Under the pieces are notes generated by a model. The model did not search any database. It was not told where the DNA came from and saw nothing but the letters and a program-made list of their open reading frames with translations. From a virus (lineage: Duplodnaviria > Caudoviricetes), in the IMG/VR virus record IMGVR_UViG_3300033070_001355, positions 7,944 to 71,943 of that record: 64,000 nt of DNA. The stretch is one strand, 5' to 3'. The position numbers and the translations under genes are program-made. The first letter of the stretch is position 1, and every line of letters starts with the position of its first letter. Positions 19,863 through 30,500 of this stretch are shown here, in pieces.

Positions 19863-21257
19863 TTAGTCGAATCCACCCTCAACCCAGTCATCCGGCTTCA
19901 TTGATGTAGAAAGAATTCTCGTACATTCAGCGTCAAATTCAAAGAATTTTGTAACTCCCATCTTCCCTTGGCGTTGTTTCGCGATCTCAACTTCAAGAAT
20001 ATCGTTCACGAGTTGAGGCTTGTAGTATTTGTTTCTGTGAAGAAGAAGTACGAAATCAGCCTCTTCAGCGAAAGCGCCGCTGTTCTTGAGCTTGTCAAGC
20101 TTTGGTCGAGGAACAGGTTTGCCCGGTTTGATAGTGTTCATATCAAAATATCGTTTGATCTGAACAAGATTACAGATATGAACGTTATGCTTTCTCGCAA
20201 TAGCTCTACAAATTCTCAATTTGTGTTCAATATTCGTCGCAAGTTGATCAGCCACGCTGACATCATCAAGTTTTCCGAAAAGATCGATATAGACGATGTC
20301 GAGTTCAATCCCTTTTCTTTTCAACAATGTCAATTCATTATCCATATCTTCGATAGTGATGAGCGCCCTATCGTTGATAAAGATCTTCTTTGAACTCGCA
20401 AGACCATCAATCACCATCTGTATGAAATTTCGTTCATCTTCTGTCAATTCTTTTGTCAATTTGACAATTTTCATCAGGGGAATGCCGGTTGCGATAGATA
20501 TCATTCTATCAAGCGCGGCAACTGAAATCATTTCAAGTGAATAGAGGCCACAATTCAAACCAGATCCAGCTTGTCGAAGAATAGCGTTGTGAACCCACGA
20601 GCTCTTCGCCATACCCGTAAAGCCTGAAATGATGCTGACGTTCTTTTTTGCGAACGCTTCAGTCATATCTTCATCAAGATCAGAAAAGCCGGTTGTGACA
20701 AACGTGCCAGATCCTTCAAGTCTGCTCTTGTAAGCTTCTTCGTAAGTAGATTTAAGGCTATCACCGAAGATGAAATCAATCTCTATCGGTCTATTCTTCT
20801 GGATTTCATCTTGCAAGATGGTGATTGACGCCATCAAATCTTTGGTCGTGACCCTCGGATTGTTGACCTGCGCGAAGAGATCAACAATTCTGTTTCTTGC
20901 GATGTCACACTTTACGTGATCATCTCTAAGCTTTTGAAGATGCTTCTCATAGTTAAGATTCTGCGATGGCGAAAGTGATCTCAGTTTCTGAAGATACGTA
21001 TTTCCGCCGTGAGATCGATTGTAATTTGGATAAGAATCAAGAACAATGGTGAAAGAATCATCGTTGATATCGAGTGACCGTCTGGTCATCTCGAAAATAC
21101 ACCATGCTATGACCTTGTGCTTGGGCTCAAGAAATTGTGAATAGTCTGCGGTAGAAAGAAACAGATCACGTTTTTCAACAAATTGAAGAGCTTGTCCAAG
21201 AATAACCTGCTCGTTCTGAATATCTACAATAACTTCGCGAACATCTTCAGTTGTCAT
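19863..21257 (-). CDS. dnaB: Replicative DnaB-like helicase
   Basis: N-terminal EQVILG, Walker A variant GFTGMAKS, YSLEM, VYID, LVQIKR, LKNSGAFAEEADFVLLLHR, IAKQRQG. Confidence 0.93.
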   Translation of the reverse strand: MTTEDVREVIVDIQNEQVILGQALQFVEKRDLFLSTADYSQFLEPKHKVIAWCIFEMTRRSLDINDDSFTIVLDSYPNYNRSHGGNTYLQKLRSLSPSQNLNYEKHLQKLRDDHVKCDIARNRIVDLFAQVNNPRVTTKDLMASITILQDEIQKNRPIEIDFIFGDSLKSTYEEAYKSRLEGSGTFVTTGFSDLDEDMTEAFAKKNVSIISGFTGMAKSSWVHNAILRQAGSGLNCGLYSLEMISVAALDRMISIATGIPLMKIVKLTKELTEDERNFIQMVIDGLASSKKIFINDRALITIEDMDNELTLLKRKGIELDIVYIDLFGKLDDVSVADQLATNIEHKLRICRAIARKHNVHICNLVQIKRYFDMNTIKPGKPVPRPKLDKLKNSGAFAEEADFVLLLHRNKYYKPQLVNDILEVEIAKQRQGKMGVTKFFEFDAECTRILSTSMKPDDWVEGGFD

Positions 21258-22036
21258 TTCGGCGCTCTTCTAAAATCTCGACCAACAAACGGAATCGTGA
21301 TTGTCCTTTCTCTCATCAAAGAAGCGCAAGAAAAGCCGACACGTGTCTCAAGTTCGTCTCTCGGGACTGAGCTGACATAGATATTGCAAAGCCTTGACTG
21401 TATTCTCTGGCGAAGTAGCGTTTCGAGAATGTATACCTTCTGAATGTCTTTTTCTTGGACTCTATCAACATTGTCAATTAAGAGAAGTCCACACCCAAGA
21501 ACATAATTGCGCCAATCATTATCTTCTTCAGAAATATCAAATCTCTGCGAAAGAGTGGTGTAAGACAGATAGTCGACATATGCAGAAGAATACCCGAGAG
21601 ATATTGCTCGTTTCAGAATATCACAAGCGATGACCGTCTTCCCTGTACCTGAATGTCCTGGAATAAAGATATTCGCAGCAGAACGCCAATGATCTTTAAA
21701 ATTCTCTTTTATCGATTTGATTTTCGATATTGATTGATTGTTGCTCGCACACTCGATATCATTCGTCCCAGTGTTCTGATAATTGTCAATTGAAAACTCA
21801 AGTGATATTGATGGTATTCGACCCAATAGAAGAAGGCGCGGTTCATTCTTCTTATTGATAAGTTTGATGAAACACTCGCAATATCTTTGATTGACTTCTT
21901 TGTCTCTATCAATAAAGAAAATTCTTCCAGCGTGCGAGCAGGCTGCACAGAAATCTTTGTCGTTGAAATATGTTTTTCGCATCATCTCAATTTTTTTTGA
22001 GCACATCTCTTCATTGAATGATGGCGTGGTCATCAC
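21254..22036 (-). CDS. dnaC: DnaC/IstB-like helicase loader ATPase
   Basis: Zn-like CAAC...CEC, GHSGTGKT, LLLIDNV, R-finger region; adjacent to dnaB. Confidence 0.8.
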   Translation of the reverse strand: MMTTPSFNEEMCSKKIEMMRKTYFNDKDFCAACSHAGRIFFIDRDKEVNQRYCECFIKLINKKNEPRLLLLGRIPSISLEFSIDNYQNTGTNDIECASNNQSISKIKSIKENFKDHWRSAANIFIPGHSGTGKTVIACDILKRAISLGYSSAYVDYLSYTTLSQRFDISEEDNDWRNYVLGCGLLLIDNVDRVQEKDIQKVYILETLLRQRIQSRLCNIYVSSVPRDELETRVGFSCASLMRERTITIPFVGRDFRRAPK

Positions 22037-22557
22037 GTATCACACTCCAAGAATTGTTTTGAAGAATATGCTACTTTGACAGGGATCGTTGACGCAATAC
22101 GATCAAGTGAATTTTGTATTTCAAAGATGACAATATCAATAGAAGAATCAGCACCTTTGTCAATTTTTTGGATGATACTGATCCCAGATGTCAATGTTAA
22201 TTTGACTTGATCTATCAAACTTTTTTCACTCGCATTTTTGACGATTGGTGAGATGAAAGAAGCGAAATTAGCAAGATCCTTTTGACTGAATTTCGTTCTT
22301 TTTGCTTTAATCAGGGATAGGAGAGATTCAAACAATTTCTTCAATTCGACATTCATACCGGCATAGAAATTGTCAACCAAATAAGAATACGGACGTCTAT
22401 CAACATGTACCGGATCTACTTTCATACTCTGTGAAACAATATCTCGAATATTGATTTCGTTTGAACTGTTGTCGACGACAAAATAGTCATATTTTTCATC
22501 CAACTGAACTTCTTGAATTGCGGTTTTCGAACCGCGAATGCGTATTGATATTTTCAT
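22033..22557 (-). CDS. Hypothetical protein (likely start MKISIRIRG)
   Basis: Coupled to dnaC. The longer track start runs through a CGCA repeat tract. Confidence 0.55.
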   Translation of the reverse strand: MKISIRIRGSKTAIQEVQLDEKYDYFVVDNSSNEINIRDIVSQSMKVDPVHVDRRPYSYLVDNFYAGMNVELKKLFESLLSLIKAKRTKFSQKDLANFASFISPIVKNASEKSLIDQVKLTLTSGISIIQKIDKGADSSIDIVIFEIQNSLDRIASTIPVKVAYSSKQFLECDT

Positions 22558-22754
22558 TTTTTGCTCAGGGTAAATATGCGCCGTTATTGTTTTTCTGCTA
22601 AAAAAATCCGCTCCCTCATAAAACAATGAAGATCTCTGCGAGCTCCTTATTACTACGCGCATGCACGCGCCCGCGCACGCACGCACGCGAACTCCACTAG
22701 ATTGACATTCGAGTCATATTCAAAAACATTATTCTGATCATTCACTTAATCCCT

Positions 22755-22952
22755 AACGATGAACTTCGTCCATGTTGGAATTGGTGAATGAAGAGGACAA
22801 GCTCCTTCGTCGCGAGTCCTCTTTTGCATCCACCAATTTCGTTTATTCCTGAATGTCACTTGTGTAAATCGTGATGAGAGATATTGGAGCGGGTGGACGC
22901 CGTTCGATACTCGTATGCCTAACGGCATACTTCGTATCTATCCGAAGGATAG
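22755..22952 (-). ncRNA. Candidate structured non-coding element (multiple hairpins)
   Basis: Hairpins at 22759-22773, 22781-22836, 22906-22938 and 22938-22952. Two A-C mismatches on the plus strand become G-U pairs on the minus strand. Confidence 0.35.
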
Positions 22953-23196
22953 GTGCGGGCGCACACGCGCGTATATCTAACGCAACGCGCGAGCGCACGC
23001 GCACGCAAAAGAGTTTTTCGTTCATTGGCGATTTGATAAAAAATGACTCAAAGCCACGATCTTGCCCTGATTTTTTGCAATAGTGTAACCGCGCCACTGT
23101 GCCGGTTAGAGCGCGGGAACGTTTGTTTGAGTCCAATTCTCGTGCAAATTGGCGGCGCTTGGTCGGTACCACACGCGCCGCAAAGCGGGTCTTGAG

Positions 23197-24672
23197 TTAA
23201 ACGACCAACTCGTTCGTTTCGAAACCCCAATTCCGATACAACTTCAATCGACGCGCCCATGACTTGAAGAAGTATGGCCCACCGTCAACGTAATCCCTAA
23301 CGACTGGATCGAGTTTCCCGTCGCATGATCTTCGGATTCGACCGATTTGCTGTTGAAGTTTCGTGTCATTCGAGTGAGGGATCAGGAGGTGAATGCAGTC
23401 AAGCTGAGGGATGTCAAGACCCTCGTCAGCAACTTTCGTCGCGATAACAGCGTGGATCTGATTCTTTCGCGCAAGCTCGATTATCTCAAGCCGCTCTTTC
23501 TTCATAACTTCGCCGACAAGCAATCGACTCTCAAGACCTCTGCTTCGAAGTCTTTCGTTGATCGTTTTCGCATGATCGACAAATTGCGTGATCACGAGAG
23601 GAAAATAGCCAAGTTTGATGTCTGATTCGATACAGTCAACAATCTTATTGTTCCTCGTTACGTTTTCAGACATCCCAACAAGAATCGGGATCCGCGAAGC
23701 CATCGTCAAGTTTCTGTTGAATGAATAGCCTGTCGCAACGGGTGTGACAGTCGGCACCTTCGCACGAACGTTTGAATTCGCGATTTGCTCATTCGTGACA
23801 GTGTATGTGAATCTCGAAATCAAATCGAACATCAAGTATCCGAGACCATCACTTCTTTTCGGTGTTGCAGTGAGACCGAATCTGTATTTCGCTTTTGAGT
23901 GGTTCAGGCAGTTGGCGAAAGAGTCTGCTGGTGCGTGATGACATTCATCCAAAATCACGCATCCGAAATTCTCCATCATTGATTCTTTTTCTTCGACAGA
24001 GAGTCTGCTGAATGATTGCACTGTCGCAATCGTGATGTCACTGATAGATTTCTGTCCGAATCCGAAATTACCTATCGTGAAATTGCCTTTCCCTTTTTCA
24101 GTGAGCTCTTTCAACCATTGACCAGCGAGATCTCCAGTGTGAACGAAAACGATCGTTGGCTGTTTGATCTTATCAATCAATGCAATTCCACAGAGCGTCT
24201 TTCCACCGCCGCAATCGGCGTTGATCATACCCTCTTGGTTTCTTGAGACTGCTCCGACAGCAGCTTCTTGATAAGGATAAAGGCTCTGAAAGATTTTTCC
24301 ATTGGCGCACTTCGCGCCATAATTAAGAGAGAAGTCAATTTGTTGAGCTATCGTGACTCGCTTGTCAACGACGCTGACAGTGAAACCTCTATTTGTGAGA
24401 AACTCACGCATCCATCGACCAGTGCCCCGAGGAATCTTCAAGACATCTTTGTCAGTTTCGTAGCTGACGATATATCGCGGAAAGTCTCTTTCATCAAAAC
24501 GCATTCCAGAATTCTTCATCATGTGGTATTGAGGATTTGGTTTTGTGAATTCAGTCTTAATTATGTGAACGAGATCAAATCCGATCTCGTTCATGTTCAC
24601 GCAGATCATAGAATCAACAGTAATTGTGGCTGATTTCATTTTAGTCTTAGGATCTTCCATGCGGTAAATCAT
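23197..24672 (-). CDS. Superfamily 2 helicase (UvsW/XPB-like)
   Basis: CGGGKT, ILDECHH, GLTATPKRSDG, EGLDIP, QQIGRIRR. Confidence 0.93.
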   Translation of the reverse strand: MIYRMEDPKTKMKSATITVDSMICVNMNEIGFDLVHIIKTEFTKPNPQYHMMKNSGMRFDERDFPRYIVSYETDKDVLKIPRGTGRWMREFLTNRGFTVSVVDKRVTIAQQIDFSLNYGAKCANGKIFQSLYPYQEAAVGAVSRNQEGMINADCGGGKTLCGIALIDKIKQPTIVFVHTGDLAGQWLKELTEKGKGNFTIGNFGFGQKSISDITIATVQSFSRLSVEEKESMMENFGCVILDECHHAPADSFANCLNHSKAKYRFGLTATPKRSDGLGYLMFDLISRFTYTVTNEQIANSNVRAKVPTVTPVATGYSFNRNLTMASRIPILVGMSENVTRNNKIVDCIESDIKLGYFPLVITQFVDHAKTINERLRSRGLESRLLVGEVMKKERLEIIELARKNQIHAVIATKVADEGLDIPQLDCIHLLIPHSNDTKLQQQIGRIRRSCDGKLDPVVRDYVDGGPYFFKSWARRLKLYRNWGFETNELVV

Positions 24673-24676
24673 GTCA

Positions 24677-24719
24677 TAAAAATAGCACGGCAGGCTCAGA
24701 TGGCCGTGTCGTGCTATTT
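24677..24719 (-). terminator. Putative intrinsic terminator between the lysis and replication modules
   Basis: 10-bp inverted repeat AAATAGCACG/CGTGCTATTT, followed on the minus strand by a T-run. Confidence 0.55.
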
Positions 24720-24723
24720 GAAT

Positions 24724-25089
24724 CTAACGTGATTCGAGTTGTTTTATTTTCAGCTTCAGTTCTGCGTTTTCAGTGCGAAGCTTTTTCGCGAGATCCATCG
24801 CGTTGACTGCCGCGACAAGATCTTCAACCCAAACGACGAAGTAGTTCCCAGTGTTCGTAAGTTTAGAAACTCGTTCATCGCCGTCAACGACAACGTCGAC
24901 TTCTGGCTGTGCGAGCCTCAGTCGTCCAACAGATTCTTCTGTTGATCGAACGTTGCCAGCGTAGATTACTTCAGGTTTTGATAGACCGCAGCCCTGAATA
25001 CCGAGCGTGAAACTCGTTAGGATCAGGGATATCATCAAACGTTGATATCTTGTTTTGCGCATATGAGACCTTGACCTCTTTGGGCTCAA
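24724..25089 (-). CDS. Lipoprotein, putative o-spanin/Rz1-like
   Basis: Basic N-region, hydrophobic stretch, lipobox-like IQGC, C-terminal coiled coil; follows the holin-like gene. Confidence 0.55.
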   Translation of the reverse strand: MSPKRSRSHMRKTRYQRLMISLILTSFTLGIQGCGLSKPEVIYAGNVRSTEESVGRLRLAQPEVDVVVDGDERVSKLTNTGNYFVVWVEDLVAAVNAMDLAKKLRTENAELKLKIKQLESR

Positions 25090-25153
25090 AGACCTTTAAG
25101 ATCAATGGCCCAAAGATTTTTGACAAGAGATCAGTGATGAATTGGATCACGAA

Positions 25154-25528
25154 TCACTTCTCGAGGTGCTTACCGATGAAGCCTTTGATGACTTCACTGC
25201 CGAGCTTCAAGGCGTAATCCCTGATGGCGACAGGAGCTTGATCCATAAAAAGATCATACATCTCTTGACGAAGCTTCGAAATTTCAGCGGCAGTGATCTC
25301 GACACCGCCATCGCTGTCAGGCTTCTTGGAAGCCATCAGCTCTTCGAGATACTTCGTTCTCGCACGTTGGCCGAAGCCTTCGATAAAGATTCCGAAATCA
25401 CGAATGACTTGGCGCGACTCATCGTTCTTGATGACCTTGTTCAAGATCACTGGAAGAAAGTAAGCGACAATCGCCGCGACCAGTGACATCAAACCCGGTA
25501 TCAACACTTCTTGAAGAAAGTTACCCAT
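25154..25528 (-). CDS. Putative holin (single N-terminal TM, LL-H-like)
   Basis: VLIPGLMSLVAAIVAYFLPVIL transmembrane helix followed by a charged helical domain; after the tail genes. Confidence 0.55.
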   Translation of the reverse strand: MGNFLQEVLIPGLMSLVAAIVAYFLPVILNKVIKNDESRQVIRDFGIFIEGFGQRARTKYLEELMASKKPDSDGGVEITAAEISKLRQEMYDLFMDQAPVAIRDYALKLGSEVIKGFIGKHLEK

Positions 25529-26091
25529 TATTCATCTCCTTCATTACCATTGTCACCGCTGCCTTGATCAATAATCAAGACAGTCTGGTTTCTCATACCA
25601 GAAGACTGTTTGCCACTCTCAGATTCAGGAGAAGCTTCCTCATCTTTGAGTTTTCTAATAACTTCGCTGGCGTCTGGGGTCGCGGTCGCGGCACGCCCAT
25701 TCGGTCGAGGTTGGCTCTTTGAGCTCGACACGAGCCCCTTCGCTCTCGCCTCAGCGACGATTGCGTCGACTTCCTCTTTCGAATATCTCATTTGAGGAGC
25801 AGGAACCTCTTCGGCAAGGTCTTGCGCTCGCGGAGCAGGAACTCTTGACGTTTTCGAAATCACTGTCCCTGGAGGAGAATCCGACGATTTCGTTATCGGC
25901 GATTCAACGATGAGCGAGCGCAATGATTCGAGAGCGTTAATCGATCCTCGAACTTCAATGAGAACTGCTTCAGCTTGGCGAATGCTCGCATCAACTTTTT
26001 CGCGTTGATCGATTAATTTCGCTCTTGATTCAGAAGCAGCTTGAAACTTCTGCTTGTACTCGTTGATCTTCTTTTCGATTTCAGCTTTCAC
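25528..26091 (-). CDS. Hypothetical coiled-coil/low-complexity protein
   Basis: N-terminal heptads and a Ser/Pro/Glu-rich tail. Confidence 0.6.
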   Translation of the reverse strand: MKAEIEKKINEYKQKFQAASESRAKLIDQREKVDASIRQAEAVLIEVRGSINALESLRSLIVESPITKSSDSPPGTVISKTSRVPAPRAQDLAEEVPAPQMRYSKEEVDAIVAEARAKGLVSSSKSQPRPNGRAATATPDASEVIRKLKDEEASPESESGKQSSGMRNQTVLIIDQGSGDNGNEGDE

Positions 26092-26276
26092 AGTTCACCT
26101 TGGATTGCTTTCAGGCGAGCAAGGGAGAACGTTTCAAGGATCATTATCGTATCCTGAAGTTCAGCCTTAATCGCGGCCTTGTCGCCAGTCTCAATGACAT
26201 CAAGAAGTTCTTTCGTTGATGTCATAATTTCGTTTATGGCGAATTTGAGTGACGCTATGTTGTCCATGACTTGATA
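26088..26276 (-). CDS. Small helical hypothetical protein (MDNIASLKFAI...)
   Basis: C-terminal half of track ORF 26088-26432; the start is approximate. Confidence 0.45.
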   Translation of the reverse strand, partial: YQVMDNIASLKFAINEIMTSTKELLDVIETGDKAAIKAELQDTIMILETFSLARLKAIQGEL

Positions 26277-26295
26277 TACTGCGAACAGAAAATTG

Positions 26296-26589
26296 CTATT
26301 TGAGGTATTCGAGCATGTCAAGGATAATGTTAGTCTGCGCAGTCTTGACTTCTGGCGGGAACCCGGATGCTTCAACTGCATCAATTCCGACAGCAGCGCA
26401 CGCGATGATAACCGCTCGTTCTCGACCATCATCGTTTACTTTGAATGCTCGACCAGAGATTGAATCGAAGATCCGACCTTCGTCTCTTCCGGTTGAATCT
26501 TCCGCTCTCCAATATTGAATGCGCTTTCCTTCGCCGCGTTCGAGCACGAAACCATCTGCGATCAGTTCGTTTACCGTAGTGTGAATCAT
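26296..26589 (-). CDS. Hypothetical protein (possible tail fibre chaperone)
   Basis: ATG at 26589 overlaps the fibre gene stop (TAATG). Confidence 0.55.
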   Translation of the reverse strand: MIHTTVNELIADGFVLERGEGKRIQYWRAEDSTGRDEGRIFDSISGRAFKVNDDGRERAVIIACAAVGIDAVEASGFPPEVKTAQTNIILDMLEYLK

Positions 26590-27527
26590 TAGCGTTTCCG
26601 GAATTGGACAGTAAGGAATGCGATGACCGGATCGGTTGCTGCGTCGCCACCAGATTGTTCGATCGCGATATAGATTGGGTTTTTCGCAGACGTCGCAAGA
26701 TCGGTCCACGACGATGTACGGATACCTGCCGTGTCGAGTGATACAATGACGTCAGATGTGCCGATTGTGACGTGGTCTGTCAGCGTCGTCGAAAAAGAAT
26801 CCGCTACGCGACGATAGAGAACGCGAAGTCGTGTCCCGCTTGTCGCTGGCGTAGTTATGCGAACAGAAATTCGACACTGCGTGAAATCTGTCGCATCGAA
26901 CTCTTGGATGTTGCGATTCGACTTTCCAAGAAAAGCCGCCGCTGCGGCGACGTCCGTGAGCGTGGCACCTGCGGTCGCGTTCGCGTAGAAGACGACGGTT
27001 TCACGAAGAAGGTCTGTGCCGAATCCGAGCGTCGTTCGTTGGTCGGAAGCGGCTGCGTCGTCGAGCAGGGCGCGACCGGCAGCCGTACATGCGATTTCTT
27101 CCACATCACCGGCGCCAGACGATGAGCGGCCGAGGAGCTTGTCTGTCGCAGAGACGTTCTGCATCTTCGCGTACGTCACGGCGCCATTGGCGATCGTCGT
27201 CGCGCCAGATCCCGCCGAGGCCGTTACGTCGCCGGTGAGTGCCGAGCGCTGGATTCCTCCAGAGCCGGTGAACTCAACACCGCCGCCTACGGTCAGTTCT
27301 TCAGCGGAACCGGCACCGGCAGTGTCGCGTCCAAGTAGTCGATCGGTCGCCGTGAGGTACGACTTCAAGTAGCTGAGCGAATTCCATGCCGTAGCGCCGT
27401 CACCGAGCTTCATGCGCCCGGTGTCGGTTTCGATACAAAGCTCTTTATTCTCAGGCGTCTTGTTATTGGAAGTCCAATTAGCCGCAGTGTCTGATCGAGT
27501 GCGAAGGATTGCAGGAGTCGCGGTCAA
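26589..27527 (-). CDS. Tail fibre protein with Mtd_N/hyaluronidase-type N-terminal anchor
   Basis: RSDTAANWTSNN...ELCIETDTGRMKLGDGATAWNSLSY; internal repeat ATDRLLGRDTAGAG/ATDKLLGRSSSGAG. Confidence 0.8.
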   Translation of the reverse strand: MTATPAILRTRSDTAANWTSNNKTPENKELCIETDTGRMKLGDGATAWNSLSYLKSYLTATDRLLGRDTAGAGSAEELTVGGGVEFTGSGGIQRSALTGDVTASAGSGATTIANGAVTYAKMQNVSATDKLLGRSSSGAGDVEEIACTAAGRALLDDAAASDQRTTLGFGTDLLRETVVFYANATAGATLTDVAAAAAFLGKSNRNIQEFDATDFTQCRISVRITTPATSGTRLRVLYRRVADSFSTTLTDHVTIGTSDVIVSLDTAGIRTSSWTDLATSAKNPIYIAIEQSGGDAATDPVIAFLTVQFRKR

Positions 27528-30500
27528 GTTGAATCACCTCCGTCAAGATCGATCGTTCCCGTAGCGTGAACAGTGGTCGCGTCACCGCCATCGAAATCCC
27601 ACGGCGATCCGCCGCCGCTACCGCCGCCACTGACTTCGACCCAGACAGCCGCAGACAGAGTATTGTCAACGCATGTAAACACCGTGTTTGCAGAGACGTT
27701 GACCCACGTAGAACCTACAGTGTATCCGTCAGCAGAATCATCAGTAGTTGTCGGGTCAGTTGTTGCGTCGAATTTGTTCTTGTTGACCGCACTGTCGAGA
27801 GCAAGCACGGCTTCTTCGATACTTGAATTTGCCGTGATGTTCGTCAACGATCCGCCAGTGAAGAGTCCTGTGTTCGTTGAAGGAAGAAGCGAATTGTATC
27901 GATCGATTTGATTCCGTATCGTTCCAATCAAGCCGCCATAAATCGGCACGCTTGAATTGTCAAGATAGATGTACTTGCCGTCAGTGTCGAGTTCAGCTTT
28001 GAAGACACCGTAATTGTTGACGATATACTTGTCACCGGCACTGTCGGTTGCGACTGACCCGAAAGCTTTCGGTGATACAATAAGCTCTGGTCGAACTTCA
28101 AAACCAGCAATATCTTTTATCGAGCCGATTGAGAAACCAGAAAGTCCGCCGATATTAACTCTCGCAGAGGTATCGTCACTTATCCTAATCTGTCCTGAGC
28201 CGTCGAGCATCGTCGGGAAGATATGGCCGCCGCCAACGATGATCCAGCGCCCGATAGCGTCAAGTTCAGTTGTTGGCGTTCTATTCGCAAGTTGTAGGAT
28301 CGAGCGAACGTCTTGTGTACGGTCCCAGCCGATACCTGTCGGGTTGCCTTGTGGCGCAAGCGAATCGCTTGATACGCCTGTCGAGGCAGCGGGACTGCCA
28401 CCGCCGCCACCTATGCTCCAAAGCCTAAGAGCGGTGCCAATCTCGATACCCGGCGCGTTGAGCAGATAGATGTCAGGGTTAGATGATGGGTTGAATTGCA
28501 TACCCATCGGGAGTCGGCCAGTGTTCTTGTATGAGTCGTAGATCGAGTTTTCCGGCTCAAGCAACGGAGCTGGCTGGATTTCACTCGCGTTGAAATAGTC
28601 GTTCAGACCTTTGTACTGAGTGACTCTTCTATTCGCCGCTGAGCTACCGGCTGATCTCGTTGCGTTCCCTGTCGCAGCTTCAATGCCGACAGAAAATCCA
28701 GTGAGTGAACTCTTATTGTCTTTGAGTTCACCTTCTTCGCCACCACCGGGTTCAAGACCGCCGCCAGCATCTTCTGGAGCCCAAACACCGGTCCCGGTTC
28801 CAAGTGGCTTGATATACCCGGCTTCACCGACCGCTGATCCGAATCCAGGGACTTTGATTGGACCTACCGGAGTGTGTATCGACTCATCGCCGGTGCCGCC
28901 GAAGATTGATTCAGCGATTTGCTCAGCCCAGTCGTCATCTTTCTGTGGCTGCGTTGAACCTTCAGATCCCCGGAGCAGGTCGAGTGGATATTCTCCTGCA
29001 GATTCTCCAGGAACCTCGCCTGTTGACTCAACATCTGAACCAGATGTTCCGCCACCATCTCCCGGCGTAGTGCCGCCGCCATTAGTCGGCCCAGGAGTAG
29101 TTCCTCCCGGCGGAGGGCCAGTCCCAGTACCTTCTTTCCTGCGCTTGTTTGAAAGGTTGATTGATATTCTCAATACAACCTTCTTCATCGAAGTTCTAAG
29201 CTTGGCGAGTTCTTCTTGGACCTTCTTAAGCTTATCTCTCAACGCATCAACGATAAATCCGAGATCATCAATCGCTTGCGCAAGATCTTCAATAGCGCCA
29301 AAGATCGAATCAATTACGAATGAAAGAATAGAGACAAAATCTGTCATCGAGATTCCGCCGCCAGAGCCGGAACCTCCTCCCGGGAACCCGTTGCCCCAAC
29401 CTGAAAATTGATTGTAGACTTCAGCGCGAAGCGAATCGAAATCGTCAACTAAACCGTCAAAAGATTCAAGAAGCTGGTCGAATTGAGTTTCGCTGATTGG
29501 CGATCCAGAAAAGAAATACTGACGAATCAACCCTCGAGAATCATAGGAGATCGAGTATGTCGTGTTGAATTCATCACCGCCGGGAGTTCCGTTTCCAGGA
29601 ACATACGATTGCGGAAGAATGCCTCCGACAGAAAGCGGTGTGAGATCCAAGCCGCTATTGCTGAGAATCGTATTGAGAAGAACGATTTTCTCAGACCCAA
29701 ACCCATAGTTCGTCAGGAGGAATGGTTCGCCTCTGATATGGCTCTGCGCCTCAAATCTTCCTGAATTACTCTTTCCATTTTCAAAATAGAGGCCTGTGTC
29801 ATCGAAATACATTCGAGGACGTTGGTCTGATGAATATCCTGTTCGAGGCTGTTCGAGCGTGATCTCAAAAGTGTCATACCAGAGGCCGATTGCTGAGCCT
29901 TTGGAGAGATTGTCAGCGTTGACCTTGAACGGGTACGCTGCCGTGAGATCATTTCTTTTTAAGAATGTGCCTGTAGAATCAAAATAATCATTAGTTGAAT
30001 TGAGAAGACCTTCAAGGTCAGCGACGATGTCGTAGATTCCATTTACGCCGCAAGCTGCGAGATAACGGCCACCTCGCAAATACGTCAAAGCGGATGATTT
30101 GCCGTAAGTATCACCTATAGAAGAAAGGCCGTCAGACTCTTTATCAAAAGAACTGAAGAAGACTTCGCTGCCGCCGACAGATTTCGATGTCGCAATACCT
30201 CTGATATAACTCAGATCATATGACGCAGCTTTGATGTTGTAGACATCAAAAGCGACTGATTCATTTGCATTCGATCCACCGTAGTAATCGATTGCTTTAG
30301 TCGTACCGGTATTCGAGCCAAGTCTCACACCGAAACCAGATTCAGTTTCAGATTTGTTCGCAAATTGATAGACGTGCGCGACCGGCTCAACAGTCCCAGT
30401 ACCGCCGAAAGCCGGTGATCCGCTTCCTCCGACGAGTCTCGAATAGCTAAGGAAGTCGTTCAGATTATCGTATTGATTGCTGAAATGCGTGCCGAACCAG

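Noticed and set aside
20590-20630. Inactive DnaB because Walker A reads GFTGMAKS
   Set aside because: The Lys-Ser is retained and all other DnaB motifs are intact, so this is treated as a tolerated variant.
22895-22915. tRNA-like T-loop GTTCGATAC
   Set aside because: No T-stem, acceptor stem or cloverleaf around it. No tRNA genes were seen in the window.
22746-23260. ORFs 22746-22928, 22843-23172, 22871-23083 and 23048-23260
   Set aside because: They overlap hairpin and CGCA tracts in conflicting frames, with Arg/Ala-biased products and no coupling to neighbouring genes.
28620-29411. 263-aa plus-strand ORF (also 45692-46447, 56685-57311 and other long plus-strand ORFs)
   Set aside because: Antisense shadows of well-supported minus-strand genes.
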